Shown here one piece after another: positions 17,997-25,796 of a DNA stretch of 48,855 bases. How positions within the stretch are numbered: position 1 is the stretch's first letter; each line of letters opens with the position of its first letter. Both the position numbers and the translations under genes were made by a program. The notes under the pieces are model-generated. The model saw only the letters and a list, made by a program, of their open reading frames with translations. It had not been told where the DNA came from and did no database searches. This stretch comes from a virus: positions 1-48,855 of the IMG/VR virus record IMGVR_UViG_3300047388_000092. One strand, given 5' to 3'.

Positions 17997-20543
17997 TCAT
18001 TCAATCACTCCTGTCTTTTCTCCCCAACTTGGACCATAGGTCCCCTCATAAGGAATTACAATCCTTTGCCCCGCAATCATCACAGGATTATTAAAGAACT
18101 CCTTGCATTTGGCTAGTGCCCACTCGCGGATTTCTGTCCTCCACTGAACACAAAGCTGATCGTGAACTTGATGGCATGGCCAGACTTTCAAGCGGTTGTT
18201 TGAGTCTAAGTTATCTGGGTCATACCAAAGCCTTTTCAGCGCGGTATTTGTCACCCAGGTTGTATTGTGTTGAGGCTCTTCCGAGCACGCATCACCAACA
18301 GTCTCCTCGACTGCAACTTCGACACCCCGAACCACCTGTTTCTTCCTTCCGAAGAACTTACGCTTATGTCCTGAGGCGCAGACAATAGCGCCATTTGCAA
18401 GGAGCTGTTCACGAATCCAGTCTTGCCAGAGGAGAACTCCAGGATAACGCAACAAATATAATCGTTGGATTCTTTGTCCCATTTCGACCGGAATGTCAAT
18501 TTCTCCATCTGTGTCAAGATAGATTTGGTCAACAAGTTTTTGAGCACCCATTCGATAGTTAGTTCCGTGTTGGGCTCGCTTACAGGTGAAGTAAAGATAG
18601 TGGGGTTCTTTGATTCTGTCAGATTCTGCATTTATGTCCTTTCCAAGAAGCTTGAGTTCGCTTCGACTTTTTTGGTTTGTTTGTTCGCCATACAAATACA
18701 TTAGGGCCACGTTCTTTGCGGGTTTAAGACCATAGAGATAGTCTTCAAGCATTGTTGAATCTCCGAGTTTGGCGCAATGACAGGCAACGGTCCAACCATC
18801 TGCTCCGGCCAAGTCCATTTGTCCGAAATCGTGACCAGAATCGGCGAGGAACAAATCTTTGTCGTCGTCGCGAATAGTGTGTAAATTTGTTCCGTTACCT
18901 GTAGGAGCTGCTGACGAACTTGTTCGTCCTGTAACTGTTCCAGTAATAAATGTTGATGACCGTATTCGTCCATCAGGATCGCAACTTGCAGCTTCAATGT
19001 CGGAAGTTCTTTTTCGGATGCGTCGAACTTTAATGCACTGATTAAGAGTTTCATTTTTGTATTTCTTTCCAAGGAAAAGCAGAGTTTCAAAATCTGCGGT
19101 TAAGGTTTCACTTCCATCGGCTCTTTCTTTGTATTGTGGAGGAAGCTTGAGTTTATCATAAAGAAATTTCACCATCTGTTGATTGGACCCTGTATTCAAA
19201 TGATGGCCAACCATTTGTTCTAATTGTAACTGTTCCGTGCCAGACGAGAGCTTCTTCTTAGCGTCAACTTTGGCCAAGAAACCTAGCTGCTGAATCCGTT
19301 GCTCTCGCTTGATTTGGTCAAGGAGCATCCCCTTGCGTTCGATGTAGAGGAATGCAGGGTAGACGTCCATGTTGAAGCGATAATGACTAAGCCCGCCGCC
19401 ATTTAGGGCTTTGGTTTGGACTTGGTTGATTTGGTTGGTGATGGCGGAATCCTTACAGCAGTAAGACCAAAATGTTTTTTGATCACCTGCTTTTCGCTCA
19501 TCTTTGTAATACGCATGTTCGGTGTAAATAGAAGTTTGCGTATCCAAACCTTGGGGCAACTCACAAAAGAGTTCCCAATGTTTGAGCATGATGTCATCCA
19601 CGATATTGCGAATGAGAGTTTTGTAGGAATATGAAAAGACAAAGTTATCATACATTGCATTCATTAAGGTCTTGGGAACACCATAGTCCTCCAAGACCGC
19701 AGCTAACTCCCCCCAAAGCTCAACTTCCTCATCTAATGTCCAGAAGTTTCCACCACCTCTTTCGGTGAACGGAATGATAAAAGCCTCGCGTTCAGTTGGG
19801 CTAATTGACAAGCAAGACATACCTTCGACAACGCCACCCTCAATATCAATGGTGAACGGGATGCGATGTTCTCGGATAAGTCTAAGTCGCTGAATAATTG
19901 TTGGCAAGTGTGGTTCAATGTCGAGGTGAAGGTCAGCTTCGGGAAGTTCAGGAAACTGACCGTGCTTTCTAGCTCTTTTAAGATGGAAGCGAACGAAGGT
20001 TGTGTTGACATATTTTCGGAATAGGTTTGCTGGGTGATAGGTGACTAGACATTTGAGACCAAAGAAAGGGGATTCTGGGAGGTCGGAGATAAAGAGGGAA
20101 CCCTTCCAATCATCGAGTGAGAATTGGGTTTCCTTACCCTTAGCATTGAGATAGGTTCCCTTCGCTGCACGAAGTGCGGTCTTTCCCATGAGGACACAAA
20201 GGTTTGGTTTCCACTTCTGTAGGTCAACTCGAAGCTGAGCAAGTCCGCTTTGGATTTCCTGTCCATTCCAAGCAAACTTCCAGAGTTGATTCTGAGGTGG
20301 CCGGATTTGACAACAATTGCCAATAAAGCATGCTTCTCGTTTAATGTTTGAGTCAGCGAGAAGCGATGTGAGGAAGCGACCCGAAGCTCCAACGAAAGGT
20401 TTACCTTCCACTTCTTCGTCTTTGCCCGGGGCTTCACCAATGATTGCGATTTTATATGGTTCATTATTATTTGTTGGGAACGTGTTTGGGATGATTCGAC
20501 CAGCAGGAGATTGGATGAATTCTGTGAGGTCTATTTGGTCCAT
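17997..20543 (-). CDS. Family A DNA polymerase with 3'-5' exonuclease and an N-terminal family-4 UDG-like domain
   Basis: UDG family 4 motifs are GEAPGKDEEVEGKPFVGASGRFL, CCQIRPP and YHPANL. Exo I is FTIDIEG. Pol motif A is MDLAGADGW, motif B is KRAQHGTNYRMG and motif C is QVHDQL. Confidence 0.9.
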   Translation of the reverse strand: MDQIDLTEFIQSPAGRIIPNTFPTNNNEPYKIAIIGEAPGKDEEVEGKPFVGASGRFLTSLLADSNIKREACFIGNCCQIRPPQNQLWKFAWNGQEIQSGLAQLRVDLQKWKPNLCVLMGKTALRAAKGTYLNAKGKETQFSLDDWKGSLFISDLPESPFFGLKCLVTYHPANLFRKYVNTTFVRFHLKRARKHGQFPELPEADLHLDIEPHLPTIIQRLRLIREHRIPFTIDIEGGVVEGMSCLSISPTEREAFIIPFTERGGGNFWTLDEEVELWGELAAVLEDYGVPKTLMNAMYDNFVFSYSYKTLIRNIVDDIMLKHWELFCELPQGLDTQTSIYTEHAYYKDERKAGDQKTFWSYCCKDSAITNQINQVQTKALNGGGLSHYRFNMDVYPAFLYIERKGMLLDQIKREQRIQQLGFLAKVDAKKKLSSGTEQLQLEQMVGHHLNTGSNQQMVKFLYDKLKLPPQYKERADGSETLTADFETLLFLGKKYKNETLNQCIKVRRIRKRTSDIEAASCDPDGRIRSSTFITGTVTGRTSSSAAPTGNGTNLHTIRDDDKDLFLADSGHDFGQMDLAGADGWTVACHCAKLGDSTMLEDYLYGLKPAKNVALMYLYGEQTNQKSRSELKLLGKDINAESDRIKEPHYLYFTCKRAQHGTNYRMGAQKLVDQIYLDTDGEIDIPVEMGQRIQRLYLLRYPGVLLWQDWIREQLLANGAIVCASGHKRKFFGRKKQVVRGVEVAVEETVGDACSEEPQHNTTWVTNTALKRLWYDPDNLDSNNRLKVWPCHQVHDQLCVQWRTEIREWALAKCKEFFNNPVMIAGQRIVIPYEGTYGPSWGEKTGVIE

Positions 20544-20899
20544 GTTGAATGTCCCTTCATGCGATAGAAACTGGCAGGATTAGTTGATAGAATTGTCCAA
20601 TCTCCATTAGTTGATGGAGGCCAAACTAAGTTAGTTGCTAAGGTTATCCATGGTCCACGAAGGGATGTTGAAGTTTGAATATCCCAGAAATAGTTTGAAG
20701 CATTTGTAGGATACTTAAAAGGAAGAGGACGAGAGCTTCGTGGCGGAGCAGGAACTAAAGCTTTGCTTTTTGCGAGTGCCATTAGGGTTTGCCCACCTTT
20801 TAGTGGAGCAACAAATTTTCTATGTGGTTTGGGATTAGGTGGATTTGGGGGGATTGGTGTGCTTAGAACAAGAGCAATGATTAGAAGTTGAAGTTTCAT
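20531..20899 (-). CDS. Secreted Pro-rich protein with beta-rich C-terminal domain
   Basis: 122 aa. N-terminal signal-like helix MKLQLLIIALVLS followed by PNPPNPKP. The C-terminus reads QTSTSLRGPWITLATN...SFYRMK. ATGA overlap with the upstream gene. Confidence 0.5.
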   Translation of the reverse strand: MKLQLLIIALVLSTPIPPNPPNPKPHRKFVAPLKGGQTLMALAKSKALVPAPPRSSRPLPFKYPTNASNYFWDIQTSTSLRGPWITLATNLVWPPSTNGDWTILSTNPASFYRMKGHSTWTK

Positions 20900-21234
20900 T
20901 TTTCTGGAAGAGGAATTAGTTGTGCTCCGTTTAGTTGAAATGGGCCTTTGTTGGTGTTCTCATATTCGTTCAAAAGAATCTTTTGTAACTCATAATGCTT
21001 TGCCACATAGGAAACCAGATTGGTTTCAGAAACATCTGGCCACTTGTGGCCTTCGATTGTCACAGAGAGCGTCTTCACTTCCGTTATGATTGTTGCTTCA
21101 ACTAAATGTCGAGGCCCGGCAACCGCGTTGGTAGACTTTCCATATCGAATAGTCCAACCCGGGGTGTGCTGAGTTACGACATTTGTGGTTAGCATGGTTT
21201 GGATTGAGAAGGCTACTAATAGGGCGTTTGTCAT
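20896..21234 (-). CDS. Hypothetical protein with hydrophobic N-terminus
   Basis: 112 aa with N-terminus MTNALLVAFSIQTMLTT. Translationally coupled to its neighbours. Confidence 0.45.
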   Translation of the reverse strand: MTNALLVAFSIQTMLTTNVVTQHTPGWTIRYGKSTNAVAGPRHLVEATIITEVKTLSVTIEGHKWPDVSETNLVSYVAKHYELQKILLNEYENTNKGPFQLNGAQLIPLPEK

Positions 21235-21425
21235 GGTTTTGTTTTACAATGGATAATTTTGTTAATCATTAGTTCGACTACTTCAAGAGGCAAATCTTTC
21301 ACATCCAGAGCTTGTGGTGGCCTAGAGCAGTTGTCCCTTGACACGGAGCAAGAGATTGGACCTCCGGTGTCATTAAGAACAATTTCATATAGGTCTCCGA
21401 AGCAGGGGATGTAGAGAGTTTTCAA
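21231..21425 (-). CDS. Small Cys-containing hypothetical protein
   Basis: 64 aa. TTG start overlapping the upstream stop (TTGA). Confidence 0.35.
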   Translation of the reverse strand: MKTLYIPCFGDLYEIVLNDTGGPISCSVSRDNCSRPPQALDVKDLPLEVVELMINKIIHCKTKP

Positions 21426-21733
21426 GAAACGTAGAATATATCTACTCGTTGGTGTAATAAAGCAAACTCAAAAACAATTTTTTCGTCTCCATATTTCAAA
21501 TGTTGGCATTCTCTAGTTAGAATTAGACCAAGTGCTTCTAACGATTTGTTTACTTCTTCAAAGGACTTTGTCGATGGTTCTCCTTTTTTGTGGGGATAGA
21601 AAAATAAGTCTAGGTCCTTCAAGGATGACCCCTTTAATAAAGTTCCTCCGCCTATTGCGACGTGGTAGCCAAGAGGTTCAAGGTGAACTTCAAGTCTTTT
21701 TGCGAACTCAATTCCTTCAAGTAATGTCCACAT
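21422..21733 (-). CDS. Minimal nucleotidyltransferase-fold protein (Pol-beta superfamily-like)
   Basis: 103 aa. IGGGTLLKGSSLKDLDLFFYP matches the G-[GS]...D-x-D pattern of minimal NTases. Confidence 0.4.
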   Translation of the reverse strand: MWTLLEGIEFAKRLEVHLEPLGYHVAIGGGTLLKGSSLKDLDLFFYPHKKGEPSTKSFEEVNKSLEALGLILTRECQHLKYGDEKIVFEFALLHQRVDIFYVS

Positions 21734-21734
21734 A

Positions 21735-23228
21735 TTAAGTAAAAACTAAATCATGTGTCTTAGCATACCACCCTTCAAAGAGCTTCTTGAACTCCAAGAG
21801 GCTTCGATTGTAGTGAAGCTCATTGCACTCTGAGCCGCGCGGCATGTAGCCTGCTTTAGCCGCTGCAAGTGTGCATGTTCCAACTCCATTAAAAGGGTCG
21901 TAAATGATTTGGTCCTTTTTGGCAACTGCTTGAAAAATCCAACGCCAGAGTCCTTCGGGCTTCACAAAGGGATGCCCATACTTTGCCTTATCTTCCTCGT
22001 TGGAGCCAATCCAATAGTTCACACCCTGCGGTGTTAATAGCGTCGCATTGCCTTTACGACAAACCATTGCAACCTCGGTGGCTTTGGTGAAGTTATATTG
22101 AGCGGCTTGATTCTTGCACTTGTGGGTTTTTACCCAAACTAAAGGCCAGCGGCAAACTGAGAATCCAGCACCCTCGGCTTCTAGTTTTAGCCATTCGTGA
22201 TGTTCGAGATCATACCAGAGAACTAAGAATCCGCAATCCCGCATGACCTTGAAAGCACGTGGAAAGAATTCCTTCATGGTTAGGATGTTATCCGCAACAT
22301 CATGCTCCTTGGCCACGCGGCTCATGTCCATTGTTGCTTCTCCTGATTGTTCGAACTGCTCCATATCAACCGCATAGGGTGAATCAGTGATAATATGATC
22401 GACCGAACTTTCTGGCATTGTCTCCATATGTCGATTGCAATTCCCGAACTGGAAATACTTCGACAACTCAATCATCATCTGAGGTCGCTCAAGAGGTTTA
22501 TTATCAACCACTTTGCCATCAGATGTGGTGACCGAGCCTTGGGCAACTGCTTGGAGAATAGAATCAACTTCAGAAGTTCCCTGTCGAATAAGTCGATCAA
22601 TCGACAACGCAACTTGGCCAGGCACTGAGCCTCCTTTTGAAGTTGAGATAAGTTCTCGTGCGAATTGGGATTCATATTTGTTGACTTCATCTTCTTTGAG
22701 TTGGATAAGGATGCGGAACGCTTCTGCCATCGAGTCCGCTTTCTGGATTGGATGCTGTGGGTCGCGGAGATATTTTTCAAGTTCAACGCAGTAGTTGACA
22801 TTTCCTATGGAGATGTTGAGGAGTTCGCCAGTTTTTTCTTGTGTCCAACGGATGAATTTTTCTTGGTTGGCTGCTTCTTGTTGGTGGAGTTTATGAACTT
22901 CCGCGACGCATTTGACCATCTCTTTCCATGTCATTTCCTTGCGGCGAATGTTGGCTTCGAGTTCCATGATACGAAGATGGGCGCTTGAAGTGCAATTTTT
23001 GACGTAGCAAGGAATGGTTTCCCATTTGAGGTGGGAAGTGATGGCAGCGAAGCGTCGACCTCCGTCGATGAGGTTGTAGTCTTTGTCGATGGTTAGAGGA
23101 TGAATAAGCCCTTGCTCACCAATGGAGTCCGCAAGTTCCTTAAGGTCTCCAAGGTCAGAACGCATTCGAGTTCCAACACGGATTTCTTGATGAGGGATGG
23201 TTATAGTTTGGCCGATGGTGTCATTCAT
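21735..23228 (-). CDS. ParB-like N-terminal domain fused to a beta-class N6-adenine/N4-cytosine DNA methyltransferase
   Basis: ParB box is GLIHPLTIDKDYNLIDGGRRFAA. Methyltransferase motif IV (ITDSPYA) precedes motif I (IYDPFNGVGTCTLAAAKAG), which is the beta-class order. Confidence 0.8.
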   Translation of the reverse strand: MNDTIGQTITIPHQEIRVGTRMRSDLGDLKELADSIGEQGLIHPLTIDKDYNLIDGGRRFAAITSHLKWETIPCYVKNCTSSAHLRIMELEANIRRKEMTWKEMVKCVAEVHKLHQQEAANQEKFIRWTQEKTGELLNISIGNVNYCVELEKYLRDPQHPIQKADSMAEAFRILIQLKEDEVNKYESQFARELISTSKGGSVPGQVALSIDRLIRQGTSEVDSILQAVAQGSVTTSDGKVVDNKPLERPQMMIELSKYFQFGNCNRHMETMPESSVDHIITDSPYAVDMEQFEQSGEATMDMSRVAKEHDVADNILTMKEFFPRAFKVMRDCGFLVLWYDLEHHEWLKLEAEGAGFSVCRWPLVWVKTHKCKNQAAQYNFTKATEVAMVCRKGNATLLTPQGVNYWIGSNEEDKAKYGHPFVKPEGLWRWIFQAVAKKDQIIYDPFNGVGTCTLAAAKAGYMPRGSECNELHYNRSLLEFKKLFEGWYAKTHDLVFT

Positions 23229-23412
23229 AGGGGAGGAGGTAATCCGCGAGGTTTTGTCTTTGGAGTTTAGGAATGTTTATAATATGTTCGAACTCAAAAT
23301 CGGTATTGTCCTTTTTATGGTAAACTTGGGTAAGAACAATATTACCCTTTTCAGTTTCCTCAACTCGAAGATACCTCTCAGGTGAGAGTTGCAAATTCTT
23401 AGATGGTTTCAT
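23221..23412 (-). CDS. Hypothetical protein
   Basis: ATG-initiated part (63 aa) of track ORF 23221..23511, whose own start is TTG and overlaps the upstream gene. Confidence 0.35.
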   Translation of the reverse strand: MKPSKNLQLSPERYLRVEETEKGNIVLTQVYHKKDNTDFEFEHIINIPKLQRQNLADYLLPYE

Positions 23413-23459
23413 AAATAGTTGGGGCTTTTTAACCTCACCCCAAGGTTCATTCCCCACCC

Positions 23460-23951
23460 TTACAAGGTCCCAAGGCCACCTGCTCCACCAACTGGTGCGA
23501 GCTTGACCCAACGAGCAACTCGATGTTGCCGTCCATATTCAGTGGATTCCTCCACTTTCAATTTGAAGACTCCTTTGCGTCCGACGTAGTCGGAGAGCTT
23601 GAAGCCTTTCCTTTGTTCTCCGAGCAAACACAACTGAATATCCGCGAGGGTGGTCGCGGGGTTGTATTTGTCCGTGGGGACAAGGGAGACGTTGGTTTGA
23701 ATTGGGAAACCAGCATTGAGCTTTCGTCCGTCCTCGGTCTCCACTTCTTGGAGGGTCTTAGTGTGAACGATGAGGTTGGTGCCAGTCTTTGCTTTGTTCT
23801 TCTTGGTCTCGAATTTGGTCAACTCGAAAGCATAGGTTCCTTCCTTGATAACCGGGAAGGAGCGGTCTACGCTGGTCAGGTCGATGTTGTCGAGGTGTTC
23901 AAGGAGGTCAACTCCTTCTTGGATTGGTGCTGTTTGTTCAGCTGTTTCCAT
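23460..23951 (-). CDS. Single-strand DNA-binding protein candidate (DUF669-like)
   Basis: ATG at 23951 (METAEQ...). KEGTYAFELTKFETKKNKAKTGTNLIVHTK resembles the DUF669 proteins that accompany Sak4-type recombinases. This is recognition from memory only. Confidence 0.45.
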   Translation of the reverse strand: METAEQTAPIQEGVDLLEHLDNIDLTSVDRSFPVIKEGTYAFELTKFETKKNKAKTGTNLIVHTKTLQEVETEDGRKLNAGFPIQTNVSLVPTDKYNPATTLADIQLCLLGEQRKGFKLSDYVGRKGVFKLKVEESTEYGRQHRVARWVKLAPVGGAGGLGTL

Positions 23952-23984
23952 TTGTTTTTGTTTTGTTTGTTTTTGTTTTGTTTG
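23952..23984 (-). repeat. CAA-rich leader: 15-nt unit CAAAACAAAAACAAA x2 plus CAAA, immediately 5' of the ATG at 23951
   Basis: Plus strand reads tttgtttttgttttg twice (23951-23965 and 23966-23980), then tttg. Confidence 0.7.
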
Positions 23985-24014
23985 GTTATCCTCCAAGCAC
24001 AAGCGTGGAGAAAT

Positions 24015-24167
24015 TTAGTTTGATTTCTTAGGCTGGTCGGGTTTATTTGTAACCGGAGCTTTTGGGTTTCTGGAATTATATATCTTGGCCGCTTTAGTTT
24101 TAGCGTCCGCTTCGGACATTCCCTGCCTGATAAAGTGATCCCTCATATGTTCATAGGCTTTAGGCAT
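24015..24167 (-). CDS. Small basic hypothetical protein (50 aa, below the ORF-track cutoff)
   Basis: Hand-translated as MPKAYEHMRDHFIRQGMSEADAKTKAAKIYNSRNPKAPVTNKPDQPKKSN. AAGGAGG lies 7 nt upstream of the ATG, and motif copy 5 lies 19 nt upstream. Confidence 0.45.
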   Translation of the reverse strand: MPKAYEHMRDHFIRQGMSEADAKTKAAKIYNSRNPKAPVTNKPDQPKKSN

Positions 24168-24185
24168 AACTTCACCTCCTTTCAA

Positions 24186-24208
24186 ACATTTTCAATCATT
24201 GAATTTGT
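24186..24208 (-). repeat. Start-associated palindromic motif, copy 5 (minus strand: ACAAATTCAA TGA TTGAAAATGT)
   Basis: The 3-nt spacer TGA is the stop codon of the PLD-like gene (24196-24198). Confidence 0.9.
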
Positions 24209-24666
24209 TTCCTCTCTCCTTGAAGCCATAAGTCCTCAAAGATTTGTTTTAACGTTTTAAGTTGAGTTTTGTCCCAAACTTCCACCGCGCATTCGACTTG
24301 TCCAGAGTAGACAAAGTTCATGCTTCCCACGATGGCTAGATTTGGTTTCTTCATTTGATCGTCTGGATAGAGAAGGTAGACTTTGGCATGAAGATACCTA
24401 AGAAAGCGCGCTTCGGTTGGTTTGGGCACGCGGTAAGAGTTCATCCTCTCGTTTCCACGAAGGCCAATGATGATTCGTTTAGGCCATCGACGAATACAGC
24501 CGAAGTCTGCGCCATAGGTGATAGCTTCATAGAACTTGAAGTTCAAAAGGCGCTCGGCTATGGTGTGGAAGCCTGTGTGCACTCGGCAAGCATTCCAGTG
24601 TTGGATGTGTGGAGACTCTGCTTGGGGTGAGAGTCGAGGAATTTGGATAGAGAGTTCGGTTTCCAT
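24196..24666 (-). CDS. Phospholipase D-superfamily (HKD) nuclease-like protein
   Basis: 156 aa with a single HKD motif: HAKVYLLYPDD...AIVGSMNF (HxK...D...GSxN). Confidence 0.65.
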   Translation of the reverse strand: METELSIQIPRLSPQAESPHIQHWNACRVHTGFHTIAERLLNFKFYEAITYGADFGCIRRWPKRIIIGLRGNERMNSYRVPKPTEARFLRYLHAKVYLLYPDDQMKKPNLAIVGSMNFVYSGQVECAVEVWDKTQLKTLKQIFEDLWLQGERKQIQ

Positions 24667-24667
24667 G

Positions 24668-25621
24668 TTAATCCAAGTCAGGCCGGAAGCGAACTAAGGA
24701 ACCGATGCGAGGTTTGTCCATGGTGCCGTGGGGCATGAATTTGAACTCAACATGCTTGCCAACTAACTGGGTTGGCTTTTGCTGAAACCATTTCCACCAC
24801 ATACGACAAATTTCATGGTCATGTCCTTTGCCGGGTTTCACATCAAAGACCACACCGTCCGTTCGTTTTATTGTAAAGGCCCCGACTTTGTCATCCAATT
24901 CATAGTCATCATTCTTATAGCTTCTTGCGAGACCACCGACTTCGTTCGTGGTCCGATTAACGTTACTTTTAAGTTTCCTCCTTTGGATAACATCTTGGAT
25001 AACGCCATCCATTGTGAGAAATTCCTTGAATTTGAACATTTGCGATTCTTTTTGTGTATAGCGTCCATGCTTGTATTTTGATTGAGGGTGAACTAAGATG
25101 ATTCCTTCGTGCTCCGCTTCGATTTCTTTGTTGAACATTTCTTCTGCTTCTTGGGGATTGTAAACCAAGTGCTGCATGACTGGGATAACTCCCGAAAAGT
25201 TCTGCGCTGCAAGAAAACCATTATACCAGTTGAAACGATTCTCAAATGGCGCAAGGGGAACTTTCCCATCCCATTCTTTCTCGTCCATCCAATCAAAGAT
25301 GTAATAGCTCACCGAGTCAGGGATTGGACGGAGACCAGAGCGAATTATTGATTGGAGTTCTTGAAAGGTTAGCTCAGGAGACCAAATCTCTCCGTCGGTG
25401 ACGGTTCTATTCGCCTGACACCAGCGCCGGAAGTCCTTGAATTTGAGGTGGAAGTTGGCGTTGGGAATTGGTTTCATTGCAGGGGACATGAATTGCTCCC
25501 CACAGAAGTTGATGCAACGAAACCCGTCGTATTTCTGTGAGGCAAGCATGGGATAACGGATGAAAGGAGAGTTGAATGGAAGTATCTCGTTGGGGGCTTT
25601 ACGTGGAGGTTGGAGTTTCAT
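24668..25621 (-). CDS. ATP-dependent DNA ligase
   Basis: Motif I is KYDGFR, motif IV is EGIILV and motif V is FKFK. Start moved to ATG 25621 because the upstream part of the track ORF overlaps the DUF736-like gene. Confidence 0.8.
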   Translation of the reverse strand: MKLQPPRKAPNEILPFNSPFIRYPMLASQKYDGFRCINFCGEQFMSPAMKPIPNANFHLKFKDFRRWCQANRTVTDGEIWSPELTFQELQSIIRSGLRPIPDSVSYYIFDWMDEKEWDGKVPLAPFENRFNWYNGFLAAQNFSGVIPVMQHLVYNPQEAEEMFNKEIEAEHEGIILVHPQSKYKHGRYTQKESQMFKFKEFLTMDGVIQDVIQRRKLKSNVNRTTNEVGGLARSYKNDDYELDDKVGAFTIKRTDGVVFDVKPGKGHDHEICRMWWKWFQQKPTQLVGKHVEFKFMPHGTMDKPRIGSLVRFRPDLD

Positions 25622-25796
25622 TTTCAGTTCTAGGAAAAAGGTTAACGACAATGTTTGGATCGTTTGGAAAAATACAACAAAGATCGAGGACGAGTGAAAT
25701 GGAACCATTGTCATTTTTCCATGCTGCACCAATCGTGTTTTTCTTGTTGGTTTCTTTATGGAGAACTCTAATATTGTAATCAGGTTTTCGGTTCAC
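25599..25796 (-). CDS. DUF736-like small protein
   Basis: 65 aa. IGAAWKNDNGSISLVLD...PNIVVNLF resembles the DUF736 pattern (IG..W....G..y.s..LD.P......ANLF). Confidence 0.45.
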   Translation of the reverse strand: MNRKPDYNIRVLHKETNKKNTIGAAWKNDNGSISLVLDLCCIFPNDPNIVVNLFPRTENETPTST

